NCBI RefSeq assembly: GCF_032444005.1
Contig: NC_091287.1
Span: forward strand, 317,440,001 to 317,504,000
Direction: 5' to 3'
From: Ranitomeya imitator
Taxonomy: Eukaryota
Length of the DNA stretch: 64,000 nt
Part shown: positions 1 through 12,041 of the stretch, in pieces
How positions within the stretch are numbered: the first letter of the stretch is position 1
How the letters are laid out: every line of letters begins with the position of its first letter
Translations under genes and position numbers: made by a program
Notes under the pieces: model-generated
Told to the model about the DNA's origin: nothing
Seen by the model: the letters and a program-made list of their open reading frames with translations, nothing else
Databases searched by the model: none

Positions 1-135
1 CACGTGAAAAATCCTGATACAAACGCAGGTCCATGCTTCCTTATGTTAAGTGTAGGGATGCAATCTGAATCGGGATGCATCAGGATTGCTACAGATCACA
101 ATGCACCGCACCAAAGCGCTAGTGTGAAAGCAGCC
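1..135. mobile_element. Right end of a Harbinger-type MITE
   Basis: Ends gcgctagtgtgaaagcagcc, matching the TIR at 28474. Confidence 0.55.
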
Positions 136-1086
136 CCACCCGTGCAGTCCCTAACCAGGTGCCCCCATGTTATATACATGCTCCCAATGCATTTTATTAA
201 CACACTATAACATAGGGCACAAGCCCTTCGAGTGAGGCCGCTCACTGTATGACAGCACAACATGCAGAGTCTACATTATGTCTGCATCCTGTTCCCATAC
301 AGTTTCATCACTTTCTCATACAGCACATCCCTTGCTTCCCAGCATGCTCAGTCCGCAAAACGGATCCCTGCACATAGAAGCACACAGATCCGTGTTGTCC
401 AGGATCCGTGCTCCATGGTAATTCCAGACGTGTAACCACGGATTTGTGCGTGTCCCTGTGCCTGAGTGTTTTTTAAATGACACAAAACTGCAGCAAGTTG
501 TGTGTTTGTGCCTCTGGTAAAATATGTAGACAGACGGATCCGTGGGAAACTGTGACAACTGGACGCACACGCAAGTCCCATCTGTCACCACTGAAAGGCA
601 ATGGAGACAAAAACAGACCCGTGTGCATCCATTGTCACACGCATTGCAAAATATGCAAGTGTGAAACCAGCATAACTCTATATGATTGGAGCTGTACTAG
701 ATCTCGCCACAGGTTTTGCCGAAAATCACTTTGTATTACCCTACGCTCAGCAGCAACAAGTGACGCTGTCCATCCTCCTCCCTGTATGTTCCTGTCCTTG
801 ATCCTCCTCAGTCCTGACTAATACTATGTTACCAATCTGCTGAGTCACTCCTCCTATACACACTATATACATATATGCCATGGATGAGGCCAGTAAAGTA
901 TATCTTTATTTGGGACTATGGTAACTCAGATCCTGACTCCAGCACTGAAGGATGGTGTAACACTAATGCTTGCAGTCTGGAGGCACTTAAGGATTAACAA
1001 TGTGAAGCCCTTTTTTTTCCTTTTCCAATCCACCCTGTCCTGTGCTTGTCTGCACTGTTTCTCCAGTATTCACATTCATTTACTAA

Positions 1087-1330
1087 GGCTATGTGCACAC
1101 GTTGCGGTTTTTGCCGCGGTACCGCAGCGTTTTTGACGCTGCGGATCTGCAGCAGGTTCCCATGCGGTTTACAGTACCATGTAAACCTATGGAAAACCAA
1201 ATCCACTGTGCACATGCTGCGTAAAAAACACGCAAATACCGCATCAAAAACGCACCTGCGTTTTCTGCCAAAACCTGCAGATTTAGTGCAGAAAAATCCG
1301 CAGGCAAATCTGCAACGTGTGCACATAGCC
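1087..1330. mobile_element. Harbinger-type MITE
   Basis: TIR GGCTATGTGCACACGTTGC; flanks TAA/TTA. Confidence 0.85.
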
Positions 1331-1333
1331 TTA

Positions 1334-1729
1334 AGGTACCGTCACACTCAGCAACTTTGCAACGAGAACGACAACAATCTGTGACGTTGCAGCGTCCTGG
1401 ATAGCGATCTTGTTGTGTTTGACACGCAGCAGCGATCTGGATCCCGCTGTTACATCGCTGGTCGGAGCTAGAAGTCCAGAACTTTATTTGGTCGCTAGAT
1501 CGGTGTGTATTGTCATGTTTGACATCAAAAGCAACGGCGCCAGCAACGTTTTTACATGGAGCGAGAACGGTAAGTGAGTCGCCGTTACGTCACTGGATCG
1601 CTCCTGCATCGTTCTGGAGTTGCTGTGTTTGACGTCTCTACAGCGACCTAAACAGCGACGCTCCAGCGATCTAGTTTAGGTCGGATCGTTGTCTATATCG
1701 CTGGAGCGTCGCTTAGTGTAACGATACCT
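1334..1729. mobile_element. Harbinger-type MITE (AGGTACC family)
   Basis: TIR AGGTACCGTCACAC / GTGTAACGATACCT; TTA on both sides. Confidence 0.8.
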
Positions 1730-4619
1730 TTATGGTCCACATCTACCTCTCTCACTGCTCCTCCCACATGAGTCACAGTCAGGGTTCACTAAATCTGATT
1801 AGCTGCAGCCAAGAAAGAAAAAAAAAAAAAAAACTTGGCTCACTCACACTGCAGAGCTGACTCATTTCATTCACAGCAGGGAGCCGGCTCTTTGTATGGG
1901 ATCCTTCAGGAACAACACAGCACTACAGACTAGATCTAGCTATTGCTGAGAATGACAGACCGCTACAAACCACAGATCTTCAGCATGTTTGCAGTTTTGC
2001 ACTAGGTCAGCTGTAAATCACAAGTTGATCACATATCATGTGAATATCCTCACCTTTCACCTCAAATATCATATATCTGAAACTTTGTGATGCTGCAATA
2101 GGCAATTTTCCATGTGGGCAATTTTTCCGTGTGGTCATTTTTCCGTGTGGGCAATTTTCCTGTGGGCATTTTTCAGGGAACCAAAAAGTGAAACTCATGT
2201 ATATAGAGTCATTACAGAGTGATCTATTTCAAGTGTGTATTTCTTTTAATATTGATGACTTACAGCCAATGAAAACACCAAAGTCATTAGAGTAATTAAC
2301 AAATAACACCTGCAAAGGCTTCCTAAGCGTTTAAGAAGGTCCCTTAGGCCGGTTTCACATTTGCGGTTGTGTCCGCAGCTTTTCATCCGCAATAATCCAC
2401 ATGCGTTATGTTTTCCTATATTTAACATTAGGAACGCAAGTGTCTGCGTTTGATTGCGTTTTGTCGCGTTTGACGACGCATGCGTCGTTCCGTCGTCTGC
2501 GGTTTGGCGCGGTAAACGCTACATGTAGTAATTTTAGAGGCGTCAATTTGCCGCCTAGAAACGTATGCGTTTGTTTGCGGTAGAAATGCGCCAAAAAAAC
2601 GCATTGCTGTCTAAGTGAACGCATGCGACAGCAAGCACATGCGTTTGCTTGCGTTCGTGAACGCATGCGTTGCACCAGAGAAAAACATGTCTAGACACTG
2701 ATTAGCCACCCCCCACATACAAGGAGATAAAGGGAGGGAGTGGGCAGTTACAGGTCACTACGCAGCAGACCGAGAAGCTTTCCAGACGCAGCAGAGCAGG
2801 CACACTCAGAACAATGTAAGTATATCCTCGCCAATGCCTTTATTTTCTGTCTGTACATGTCCTAATTTCTTCCTTTTCTTTCTTTCTGCATGCATCAGAA
2901 TGTCATCTTCTTATGATGTGGAGCAACGTCCTGGGCCTTCTGAAGCCGAACATGTCAGTGAAGTGAGTACTCACCTCCTCAGATTGGAAAGTATTCACTG
3001 TCACATCTACACATATGACAATTTTTTTCCCCTTTTTTTTAGAGCACTTCTATTGCGGCAGAGGCTGGGCAGGAGCAGCGGGGTCACAGTCGAGTGTCAA
3101 GGCGGTAGCGTGTAAGTATACAAGGCTGACTGTTTACTGTATCCTCACTTTAGTATTCTTGAATTTTCCTTTCTGTACTTTACTCTTTCTTTACAATTTT
3201 CTTCTGGACTCCTTTTGTATCTTGACTTTCCTTATTCATGCCATTTCTCAGCCTCTGTTTTCTTTCTTTTCCTTATGTTAATGTATCCAACATTAATGTC
3301 TTTATTTAATTTTTAGGTTCCAGAACGGGATGAAGACCTCATAGAAAATGACCTCCTCATCTCCGTGGTCCAGGAGAGAGTCCTGTTGCGGGACACCCGG
3401 GTTACACAGCACTCGGATAACGTGACGATCCGGCGCCTATGGAATGAGGTGGTCAAAGCGATGTGGGATGGCTGGGACAACGCCCCTACTCGGGTCCGAA
3501 ATGCATTTTGTAAGTATTGCAATGCAGTGTGAAGCAGCAGAGACCTTGGCCGGGATCACACAACTGTGTGTGAGAGAAACTCTCAGGAGTTTCCCTCATC
3601 ACACACAGTTGTGATCCCGGCCAAAAGTCCATTGTCTAACCATTCTTTTTTGTTTTTCAACAGTGCTCAAAGTCAAAACTCGTTGGCATTCGATGAAGAC
3701 CCGCTTCAACAAGGACCTGCGTCAAGAGAGCCGTGTTCCCAGTGGTTCTGGAGCAAGGATCCGAAAGTACAAATACCATCGCATTCTGGCATTTTTAAGC
3801 CTGGTCCTTGCCCAGAGAACGTAAGTATTTCTCCTGTGCATTAGGTTGTGTTGTATTGCCATAATCTGTATGTTTCTATTCAACAGGAGTTGGCGTTTGG
3901 TACATTTTTGGTATTATTTTTTCTTTCCTTTTTTCACAGCACGTGGAGCAGCACAGGTTCTGGAGCGGTCCTTCATCAGACAGCCACGGACCCGTCCCAG
4001 CCATCCTGAAGGGCTGCAGCAAGTGGGCCTGCCACACTAACTGGAGACCAGGAAGCTAGTCCATCAGGTCTTCCCCTTTCCCAGTCCTCTGCCGCTTTTT
4101 TGGGGGGCTCCTCCCGGCAGCGGCAGAGGGCATCGGACAGGTCCCTCATGCCCGAGTTTTTGCACTTGAGCTCAGTTTTTCACGATGGACTCAAGGCTTT
4201 GGGTGACCGAATGGATATTGCCATTAGCCACATGAATACATGTATCCAGGAGGTCACCAAAAGCCATGACCAAGTAAAAGCCGACCTCCAGAGGCCAGCA
4301 CATCGTTTTTTTAACCAAATTGAACAGGGAATGTCGGAACACCTTACTCCTGATCTCCAGCTTAGTGTCATGCAGGCCTGCAATGCTGCTTGCGTGCAGG
4401 CTATGCAGCAGAGTCAGTATTTTCAGCAGACAGTGGCGGCATATCCACCTGTGCCTTCACTGTCACAATTAACCTCAATGCCGACCTCTGCTGCATACCA
4501 CTGCACGGCCACCTCTATTCCTAGCACTGCCGGACACCAGTACAGCACCACCACCATGCCGAGTGCTGTGGGACAGCCCACAGCCACCACCATGAAAACC
4601 GCTGCTCCTGCTTGGACCT

Positions 4620-5100
4620 CCTCCACTGACACCACGATGCAGCAGCAGGACCCTGGCATGGCCTTCCGCACCGCCACGACGATGCAGCAGCCGGACCCTG
4701 GCATGGCCTTCCGCTCCACCACCACCACGATGCAGCAGGACCCAGGCATGGCCTTCCGCTCTACGAGCTCTATTGACTCTGGCATGGCTGCACGCTCTAC
4801 GAGCACTATGGAGTCTGGCATGGCTGCACTCTCTACGAGCACTATGGAGTCTGGCATGGCTGCACTCTCTACGAGCACTATGGAGTCTGGCATGGCTGCA
4901 CTCTCTACGAGCACTATAGACTCTGGCATGGCTGCACTCTCTACGAGCACTATGGAGTCTGGCATGGCTGCACTCTCTACGAGCACTATGGACTCTGGCA
5001 TGGCTGCACGCTCTACGAGCACTATGGACTCTGGCATGGCTGCACGCTCTACGAGCACTATGGACTCTGGCATGGCTGCACGCTCTACCAGCACAGTGCA
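4620..5100 (+). repeat. 39-bp coding minisatellite (13-aa unit SGMAALSTSTMES) in the MADF gene
   Basis: Tandem units such as ctctacgagcactatggagtctggcatggctgca, about 9 well-conserved copies plus degenerate upstream copies. Confidence 0.9.
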
Positions 5101-5285
5101 GCCAGACCCTGACAAGTCACCAACCACGACCATGCCACGACATATGAGCCCACCGAGGCTTCCCAGAACCCGGCGATCCCAGAAAGGGAGAACAAATAAA
5201 AAACAGCGTACTATCAGTATTCCTCCCCCTCACCTCCCAGTGTGTCTGTAATGTCAGGTTTGTCTCACCCTTCCAGTGCATCTTA

Positions 5286-6018
5286 AGGCTCCTTCACATT
5301 AAGCGACGCTGCAGCGATACCGACAACGATCCGGATCGCTGCAGCATCGCTGTTTGGTCGCTGGAGAGCTGTTACACAGACAGCTCTCCAGCGACCAACG
5401 ATCCCGAAGTCCCCGGGTAACCAGGTTGAACATCGGGTTACTAAGCGCAGGGCCGCGCTTAGTAACCCGATGTTTACCCTGGTTACCAGCGTAAAAGTAA
5501 AAAAAAAACAAACACTACATACTTACCTACCGCTGTCTGTCCCCGGCGTTCTGCTTCTCTGCACTCCTCCTGTACTGGCTGTGAGCACAGCGGCCGGAAA
5601 GCAGAGCGGTGACCTCACCGCTCTGCTTTCCGGCTGACCGACGCTCACAGCCAGTACAGGAGGAGTGCAGAGAAGCTGAGCGCCGGGGACAGACAGCGGT
5701 AGGTAAGTATGTAGTGTTTGTTTTTTTTTACTTTTACGCTGGTAACCAGGGTAAACATCGGGTTACTAAGCGCTTAGTTACCCGATGTTTACCCTGGTTA
5801 CGAGTGAAGACATCGCTGGATCGGTGACACACATGCCGATGTCCATGGGAGATCCAGCGACGAAATAAAGTTCTGGACTTTGTTCAGCGACCAACGATCT
5901 CCCAGCAGGGGCCTGATCATTGGTCGCTGTCACACATAACGATTTCCTTAACGATATCGTTGCTACGTCACAAAAAGCAACGATATCGTTAACGATATCG
6001 TTATGTGTGAAGGTACCT
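5286..6018. mobile_element. Harbinger-type MITE (AGGTACC family) with a ~320-bp internal palindrome
   Basis: TTA TSD at 5283-5285 and 6019-6021; TIR ...CCTTCACA / TGTGAAGG...; near-perfect inverted repeat ~5455-5773 centred near 5612. Confidence 0.85.
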
Positions 6019-7156
6019 TTAAGCCTCTCATGTGTCAAGCCCTATCCCCGAACTACCAGACCCCACTAGTTTCATTGCCCCTTCTCCTGCCACCCCTGCG
6101 TCGTCGTCCACACTTAGCCAGGCCTCACAGCTTCACACCCCCCGTTTCCATCACTCTACCCCAAGCAGGCGCAGTTAAATAAAAAGTTTGTGTATAACAA
6201 AATAAATAATATTGTTTTTTGCCCCCAATTATGTGTGGTTTAATTGTGTATTTCGCCAACGGCAACACACACCGTGCGCCGAACACTTTATTTTTTGGCC
6301 ACATCATAGTTCCAGTAGTTAGCAAGTTAAAGACTGTAGCTTTGTGTGCCTTTTAGTATAGAGATATGAGGTGGGCCACAAAATTAATACTTGTATTATC
6401 TCTATAATCTCTTCCTTCTGCTTAGTTTGTGACTAGTGTTGCAGACTGAAGAGAAAATGGTGGCAATACAATGCAGAACTATACTCAACAGGTCAGGTGT
6501 CCAAAAACTCATTAGTTAGGACACCTGACCTGGTGAGTAGAGAACTGCCTTGTATAACCTCCATTTTATCTTCTGTGTACGTAATCTATTTCACACAAAG
6601 TAAAGGGACGATGGCGGTCATACAAGGCATATCTATACTCACATGGACATGTCAGAAATAGTGAATTCATGAGGCTGTTATATGTGCATCATGAGTTAAT
6701 TATTTACGACACCTGACTTGATGAGTATAGATCTGTTTTGTATTAAACAGCCATTGTCTCTTCAGTCTGTGTCCAATGGATACTGCAGAACAGAATCAGG
6801 ACGCAATGACGTCAACAACCTTACCACTAAAACAACATGGCTGCCGTCACACTTAGCAGTATGTGGTCAGTATTTTATATCAGTATTTGTAAGCCAAAAC
6901 AAGGAGTGGAACTATTAGAGGAAAAGTATAATATTAACATATCTAGCACCTCAGCGTTTATCACCCACTCCTGGTTTTGGATTACAAATCCTGATATTAA
7001 GTACAGACCAAATACTGCAAGTGTGAGGACAGCCTTGGTTTGTAGAGGAAATCCATAGGAGACACGGTCAAGATACCAAAAACTAAAGTTTATTAACGAG
7101 AAATATTAGTAACATTTAAGAAAATAACTGATACAAATAAAATCCCAACAGGACAT

Positions 7157-8258
7157 TTACACAACACTGTCCTGCCATGACACACGTCCAATATCTGAAT
7201 CAAAAAAGGCAGCAAATTGGTTGCTCATGTGACCAACTTCAGCAGTTGACCGCAGCTGGTGATGCTGGTAATCGGGCAGTGGGTGTGCAACTGGTTCATC
7301 CAGTTCAATGTTAGGCTGCTCCTTAGCCATTATGCAATTGTGCAGAACTACACAGGCTTTGACCACCTCGTCGACTGTCTCCATTTTTAGATTAATGTCT
7401 AATGCAAGAATGCGCCATTTTGAGACTAGAATCCCAAAGGTACACTCAACTGTTCTTCGGGCCCTGGTCAGTCTGTAGTTAAAAATCCTTTTAGTGTGGT
7501 TCAAGTCCCGACTGGAATATGGCTTCAGTAGGTTTTCACACATCTGAAAGGCCTCATCACCAACCATAACAAATGGCATTGGTGGAACTTCAGTGTTATG
7601 GAGAGGCCGTGGAAAATTAAAATTTGTGCCATACACATGGCGACCCATATCGGAGTTCTCAAAAGTCTGGGAATCGTTGCCACGGCCAAAAGCTCCAATG
7701 TCCACGGCGATTAAGTGACCATCTGCATCGGCTATTGCCATGATCAAAACAGAAAAATATTTTTTATAATTGAAGTACTCCGATCCTGTTCTGGCTGGTT
7801 TTATAATGCGGATGTGCTTTCCATCCATCGCTCCCAAACAGTTGGGGAAATCTCACACACTCCAGAATTTTTCCGCAATTCCAATCCACATGTCCGCAGT
7901 GGGTAGGGGTATAAACTCATCCCGGAGTACATTCCACAAAGCCCGGCAGGTGTCCGCAACTATTCCGGACTGGGTGGATATTCCAAGCCGGTATTGGAAG
8001 TGGAGGGATGATAAACTCTCCGGTTGCCAGAAATCTGGAAGAAAAAAAAAAAAAAAATTACAATCAATTCTATTTATGGTGTTGTTATGCTAAAGACATA
8101 AAGGAAAATACCAAAAAAATACATGTCAGAACACCCAAAATTGGCACTGCCATTGGTTTAGATTTGTTACGTACCTTAATGTAACCAGCAGACGTTCCTC
8201 TGATGTAATCGCTCTACGGAGCTGGCTGTCCTGTCTCAGGATGGTTCCTTGGACACAA
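7157..8258 (-). pseudogene. Harbinger (DDE_Tnp_4/HARBI1-like) transposase, 5'-truncated, one intron
   Basis: GTILRQDSQLRRAITSEERLLVTLR, then a GT-AG intron 8174-8035, then FLATGE..SLHFQYRLG...GAMDGKH...VGDEAF...RRTVECTFGILVSKWRIL. Frameshift near 8016 and TGA at 7853-7855. Confidence 0.92.
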
Positions 8259-9449
8259 GCACAGTAGAGGTTTCGGTTAAAATTAGACCTTCATCAATGT
8301 ACCTCTCTTAGAGCTTATGGATTTATTGGGTCACAAAGGGTAAATTTAGCCACATTAGTAGTAAGGAGCCAGTCTTTGTTAAGGCCGTGTCCGGCACAAA
8401 CAGAAGAAGTAACGGACGCGGTGTCCACCGCTAGTCCACACACTGGACTAGCGGTGGACACCACGTCCGTTACTTCTAATTTTGAACGAAACGTCTAATG
8501 TATGTACTCTTCTCCATTAAATTTTCACTGCATCTCACTATGTGTGTGCCAAGTTTATCTCTAATATTATACGGTTTGGGCACCTACTTGAGCATCACAA
8601 TCATAGTAGTGCCTACGGTCTTATTTCTAATTATCACTTCCATGCCACATTGTTGACTTGATGTCGACACCGCAACCAATTTCAGACAGCAACACACTTG
8701 GTGATGGCCCCGAGGAGGGCGAGTAAAGCTCAGATTATTTATTTCTTTTATTAAACTGAACCCTGGGACAGGGATTTTCTGAATGGGGGCAACTCTTTTT
8801 AAATCTGTTCAATTTGTACAAAAGCTTGTAGTCCACTACTTTGAAGTCCTCTATTTTAATTTTTGATAGAGTAATACAATTTTCACATTTTGACAGAGTG
8901 GTGTAACACAATTTAATAGTCTTTTTGTAGCGTTATTATAGTAGTCTCTTAATTTAAGTGAAAATTTTTTTTTTTTCAGATATATTTGAATAGGGTATTT
9001 TTTTTTCTATTGCACTTACTGTATTTTCTGGCGTATAAGACTTGCTTATAAAAAGCTTTTACAGCATATTCTTAGCTAATCTTAGCGCTGACTCATAAGA
9101 GTTTATATCGTCTGTAGAAGATATATTTTTATAACTGCGTAATTAGAACATTAATTAAGACAGCAAGCAAACTTCACAGCAGCCGATAGGCTGGCAGTCA
9201 CCTAAGGACATTTTGTTTAGCCAAATCTAAAAGTTTTTGTTTTGTTCAGTGCTAAAGCCAGATGGGTTTCTGCGAGGTGTGATGGATTTCTGCAGCTTAA
9301 TATTTTTGCACATATGCATAATCTCACTCCATCCTGACATGAACCCAACAATGTTCAGAGGTTTATCTGACAAGTTTTCTCTGTGTAGTTAGCGGAGATT
9401 AAATTAAAACAGCCTTTGTGTAACATGGAATATTTGATTTGTATCTTAA

Positions 9450-10082
9450 AGGGAATCTCTCAGCTGGTTTTTACTATTTAATCTGAGAGCAACATAACAT
9501 AGGGCAATAAAACCTGATTCCAGGGATGTGTTGCTTACTGGACTGTTTGCTGTAGTTTCAATACAAACAGTGTTTTATCAGCAGGAGATTCAGTGCCTCA
9601 ATAGATCTTAAGTGCAGGTCAAACCAGCTAACTTATGTAACCCCGCCCCCACCACTGACTGGCAGGTTGCTGACCATGTGCAGCGTACACAGCTGCCAAT
9701 CGGAGGTGTGGGCGGGGTTATACACAGCTCAGCATTTTGATCACTGCTACATCTACAGCAGGGGTGTCAAACTGCATTCCTCGAGGGCTGCAAACAGGTC
9801 ATGTTTTCAGGATTTCCTTGTACTGCACAGGTGATAATTTAATCACCTACACACATAATGATTGCAGCACCTTGTGCAATGCTAAGGAAATCTTGAAAAC
9901 ACGCATGGTTTGCGGCCCTCGAGGAATGCAGTTTGACACCCCTGATCTACAGCACACAAACAAGGATTCTATCAAACTGCACCAAGCAGCCCAGTAAGCG
10001 ACACATCACTGAAATAAGGCTCTCTGCCCTGACATCATTCTGCTCTAAGAAAACACAGCAATATCCTGCTGACAGATTCCCT
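9450..10082. mobile_element. Kolobok/T2-like non-autonomous element
   Basis: TTAA|AGGGAATCTCTCAG ... CTGACAGATTCCCT; the right target site is degenerate. Confidence 0.65.
9759..9944. mobile_element. hAT-type MITE nested in the T2-like element
   Basis: 30-bp TIR CAGGGGTGTCAAACTGCATTCCTCGAGGGC; perfect 8-bp TSD ATCTACAG at 9751-9758 and 9945-9952. Confidence 0.9.
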
Positions 10083-10412
10083 ATAGGAGGTGTCAGGTTT
10101 GTCTTTTGTAAAATGAGATTTTTTTTTTTTTTTGGTGCAAGAGAAAAAAAAAACATTTTCAAAACTAAACGTTCCAACACCTTTTATGTTTTTGCTGAGA
10201 CATCACAAAATAAAGATAAAGTTGCCATTTTAGATGCCCTATTCAGAAGCTGGATTAGGGCAAAGACTACAAATCCCAGCATCCTCTTCCTCCCCAGCAA
10301 CTTGCCAATGTGGGTGAACCAATATTCTCTGCAAGACATGTCACACCATAGCTGGAAGCCACCCATGGGACCATGTAACCACTTGCACTGAAGACAAGTC
10401 TATTAGTGTATT

Positions 10413-10490
10413 AATAATAATAATAATAATAATCTTTATTTTTATATGGCGCTAACATATTCCGCAGCGCTATACAGTATGCACACATCA
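10413..10490 (-). mobile_element. L2 LINE 3'-end fragment
   Basis: (TAA)n tail plus tttatatggcgctaacatattccgcagcgct, matching the tail of the L2 at 59640. Confidence 0.75.
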
Positions 10491-11302
10491 TCAATGGTAC
10501 AATGGTAAAGTATTTCCTGATATATATAAGATATAATGTATATTTTTTTTGTCTGTGGATAGCCCCTTTAACCATGTTAGACATAACAGTTGTTTTTTTT
10601 TTTTTGTTTTGGAGCCGGATTCATCATATATACAGAGACCTAGGAGTAATATTACAGGGTATTCACATGACTGCCATCTACTGGTCACTAAGAAACTTGT
10701 TAATGTCAGGCTCCTATTTTGGGTATTACAATGATGATGAAATAGTCCGCTTTTCCCTTGAGATGACATCTACTCAGTCTGAAACCATTTTTCCCATGTT
10801 GTAAAGGATATAAAAAAAATTGCAAAAGCTCCATTTTAGTAAAAGTAAGTAGAATAGAGTGCCGTTTTGTTTCAGTGCATGGTTGGGGTGACTCTGGTAG
10901 AGATACATTACTAGGGATTACAGTTTGTGATTGTTTAACCCTGCTGTTCTGTTGGTCAAAAATGACCGACTTTGAACTTCAATATTCTTTAAAATATTCA
11001 AGATGCGGCTCTGAAACCCGTGGCCGACCGACCCATCCTCATTTAAGTCAATCAACCACAAGTTTCAGAATCGCATCTTGAACACCCCAAAAAATACCAA
11101 AGTTCAAAATAGGTCTCCCCAGACCGAACAGAACAGCAGGGTTAATCTTGTGGCTTTCTTCCTGTTTGTACCGGATCCGTCATATTTGTGTTGTTTTATC
11201 ATACAACTAATGATTCATTTCTTGGAAAATAAAATGTATTGTTTCTGTTTGGTTTTGCACTCCACTTGTGAATACCAATGATATGTTTTGTTTTCATTTT
11301 AG

Positions 11303-11356
11303 ATAAAATAGAAGAAGCCCAAAAGAAGCTAAACAATCCTCAGGAACCCCAAAAAG
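11303..11356 (+). CDS. HIVEP1: HIVEP1 small internal coding exon (54 nt, phase 1/1), (D)KIEEAQKKLNNPQEPQK
   Basis: Flanked by ttttcattttag and gtaaat. The translation resembles the HIVEP1 N-terminal DKIEEAQKELN segment and splices in frame to the exon at 46216. Confidence 0.9.
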
Positions 11357-12041
11357 GTAAATCATCTCTACAGTTTGTATACCTTAATAAATAAATATTG
11401 TATTTATAGACTAGCACCCTGGGGATAGTAAAGAGAATGTCGGAACTGCGGCCCGAGCCACGGGTCCCGTGTGGTGGCCCATAAACTAGAAGAAAGTTAC
11501 TGTATATAGCAATCTACCAGCGTGACCGCACCATTTGTATATACAGCTTTTATACCTTGTTTTGTAACTCTAATATTCTTTACTCAGAACACCAGATCAT
11601 AGTGGTGGGAATTTATTGATGGCTTTTCCACAGATTTCTCACATAAAAAATGTGCTAATATTCGGGTTTCTGCTAAAATGTTCCACTTTTATCTACTTGA
11701 TCCTTTCCACTATTGGTGAGGTACAGACCTTGGGTCAGCAGGAGGGGACATGGACAATTGCGTTCCAACCAATTTGTCAATTCTAAAAAAAAAAAAAAAT
11801 GTCTAAAATATCCAAGCAAAAGTCTACGCTCATTTGTAAGTGACCTATATTTCATTTTCTGTCTTTGTATTGTAAGACTGAAACATCTTCTAGTGGTTCT
11901 AAAGAGTCATGCGTAACTTGTCTGTCTGCTCCAGTGAGATCAGCTGCATTCTGTCCATAGGTACATGCAGAATTCCCGGCATAAAAGGAGCTCGATGCTG
12001 CTGGATTGTCAGTCATCATCTGCACATACCATTACCACTTA

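Larger units (their letters stand above)
2900..6178 (+). pseudogene. Harbinger Myb/SANT-like MADF (+BESS-like) DNA-binding protein gene, spliced, disrupted
   Basis: GT-AG exons 2900-2962, 3043-3111, 3317-3509, 3664-3820 and 3940-onward join in frame: LIENDLLISVVQERVLLRDTR...LWNEV...KVKTRWHSMKTRFNK...YKYHRILAFL (MADF) and LTPDLQLSVMQACN (BESS-like). In-frame stops at 3106-3108 and 4007-4009. A second S/P-rich frame from ~5229 continues across the MITE at 5286-6018 to TAA 6176-6178, which overlaps AATAAA. Confidence 0.85.
2347..8260. mobile_element. Decayed two-gene PIF/Harbinger DNA transposon; one TIR end missing
   Basis: Starts TTA|GGCCGGTTTCACATTTGCG, a Harbinger-type TIR after a TWA target. 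Carries a MADF gene (+) and a convergent DDE transposase (-). The transposase 5' end is cut off near 8260 and no matching right TIR was found. Confidence 0.85.

Noticed and set aside
4423-5133. 236-aa minus-strand ORF
   Set aside because: Antisense shadow of the 39-bp repeat in the MADF gene.
1-11302. Search for the HIVEP1 start-codon exon (MPRTKQ-like)
   Set aside because: No matching exon was seen; it presumably lies upstream of the window.
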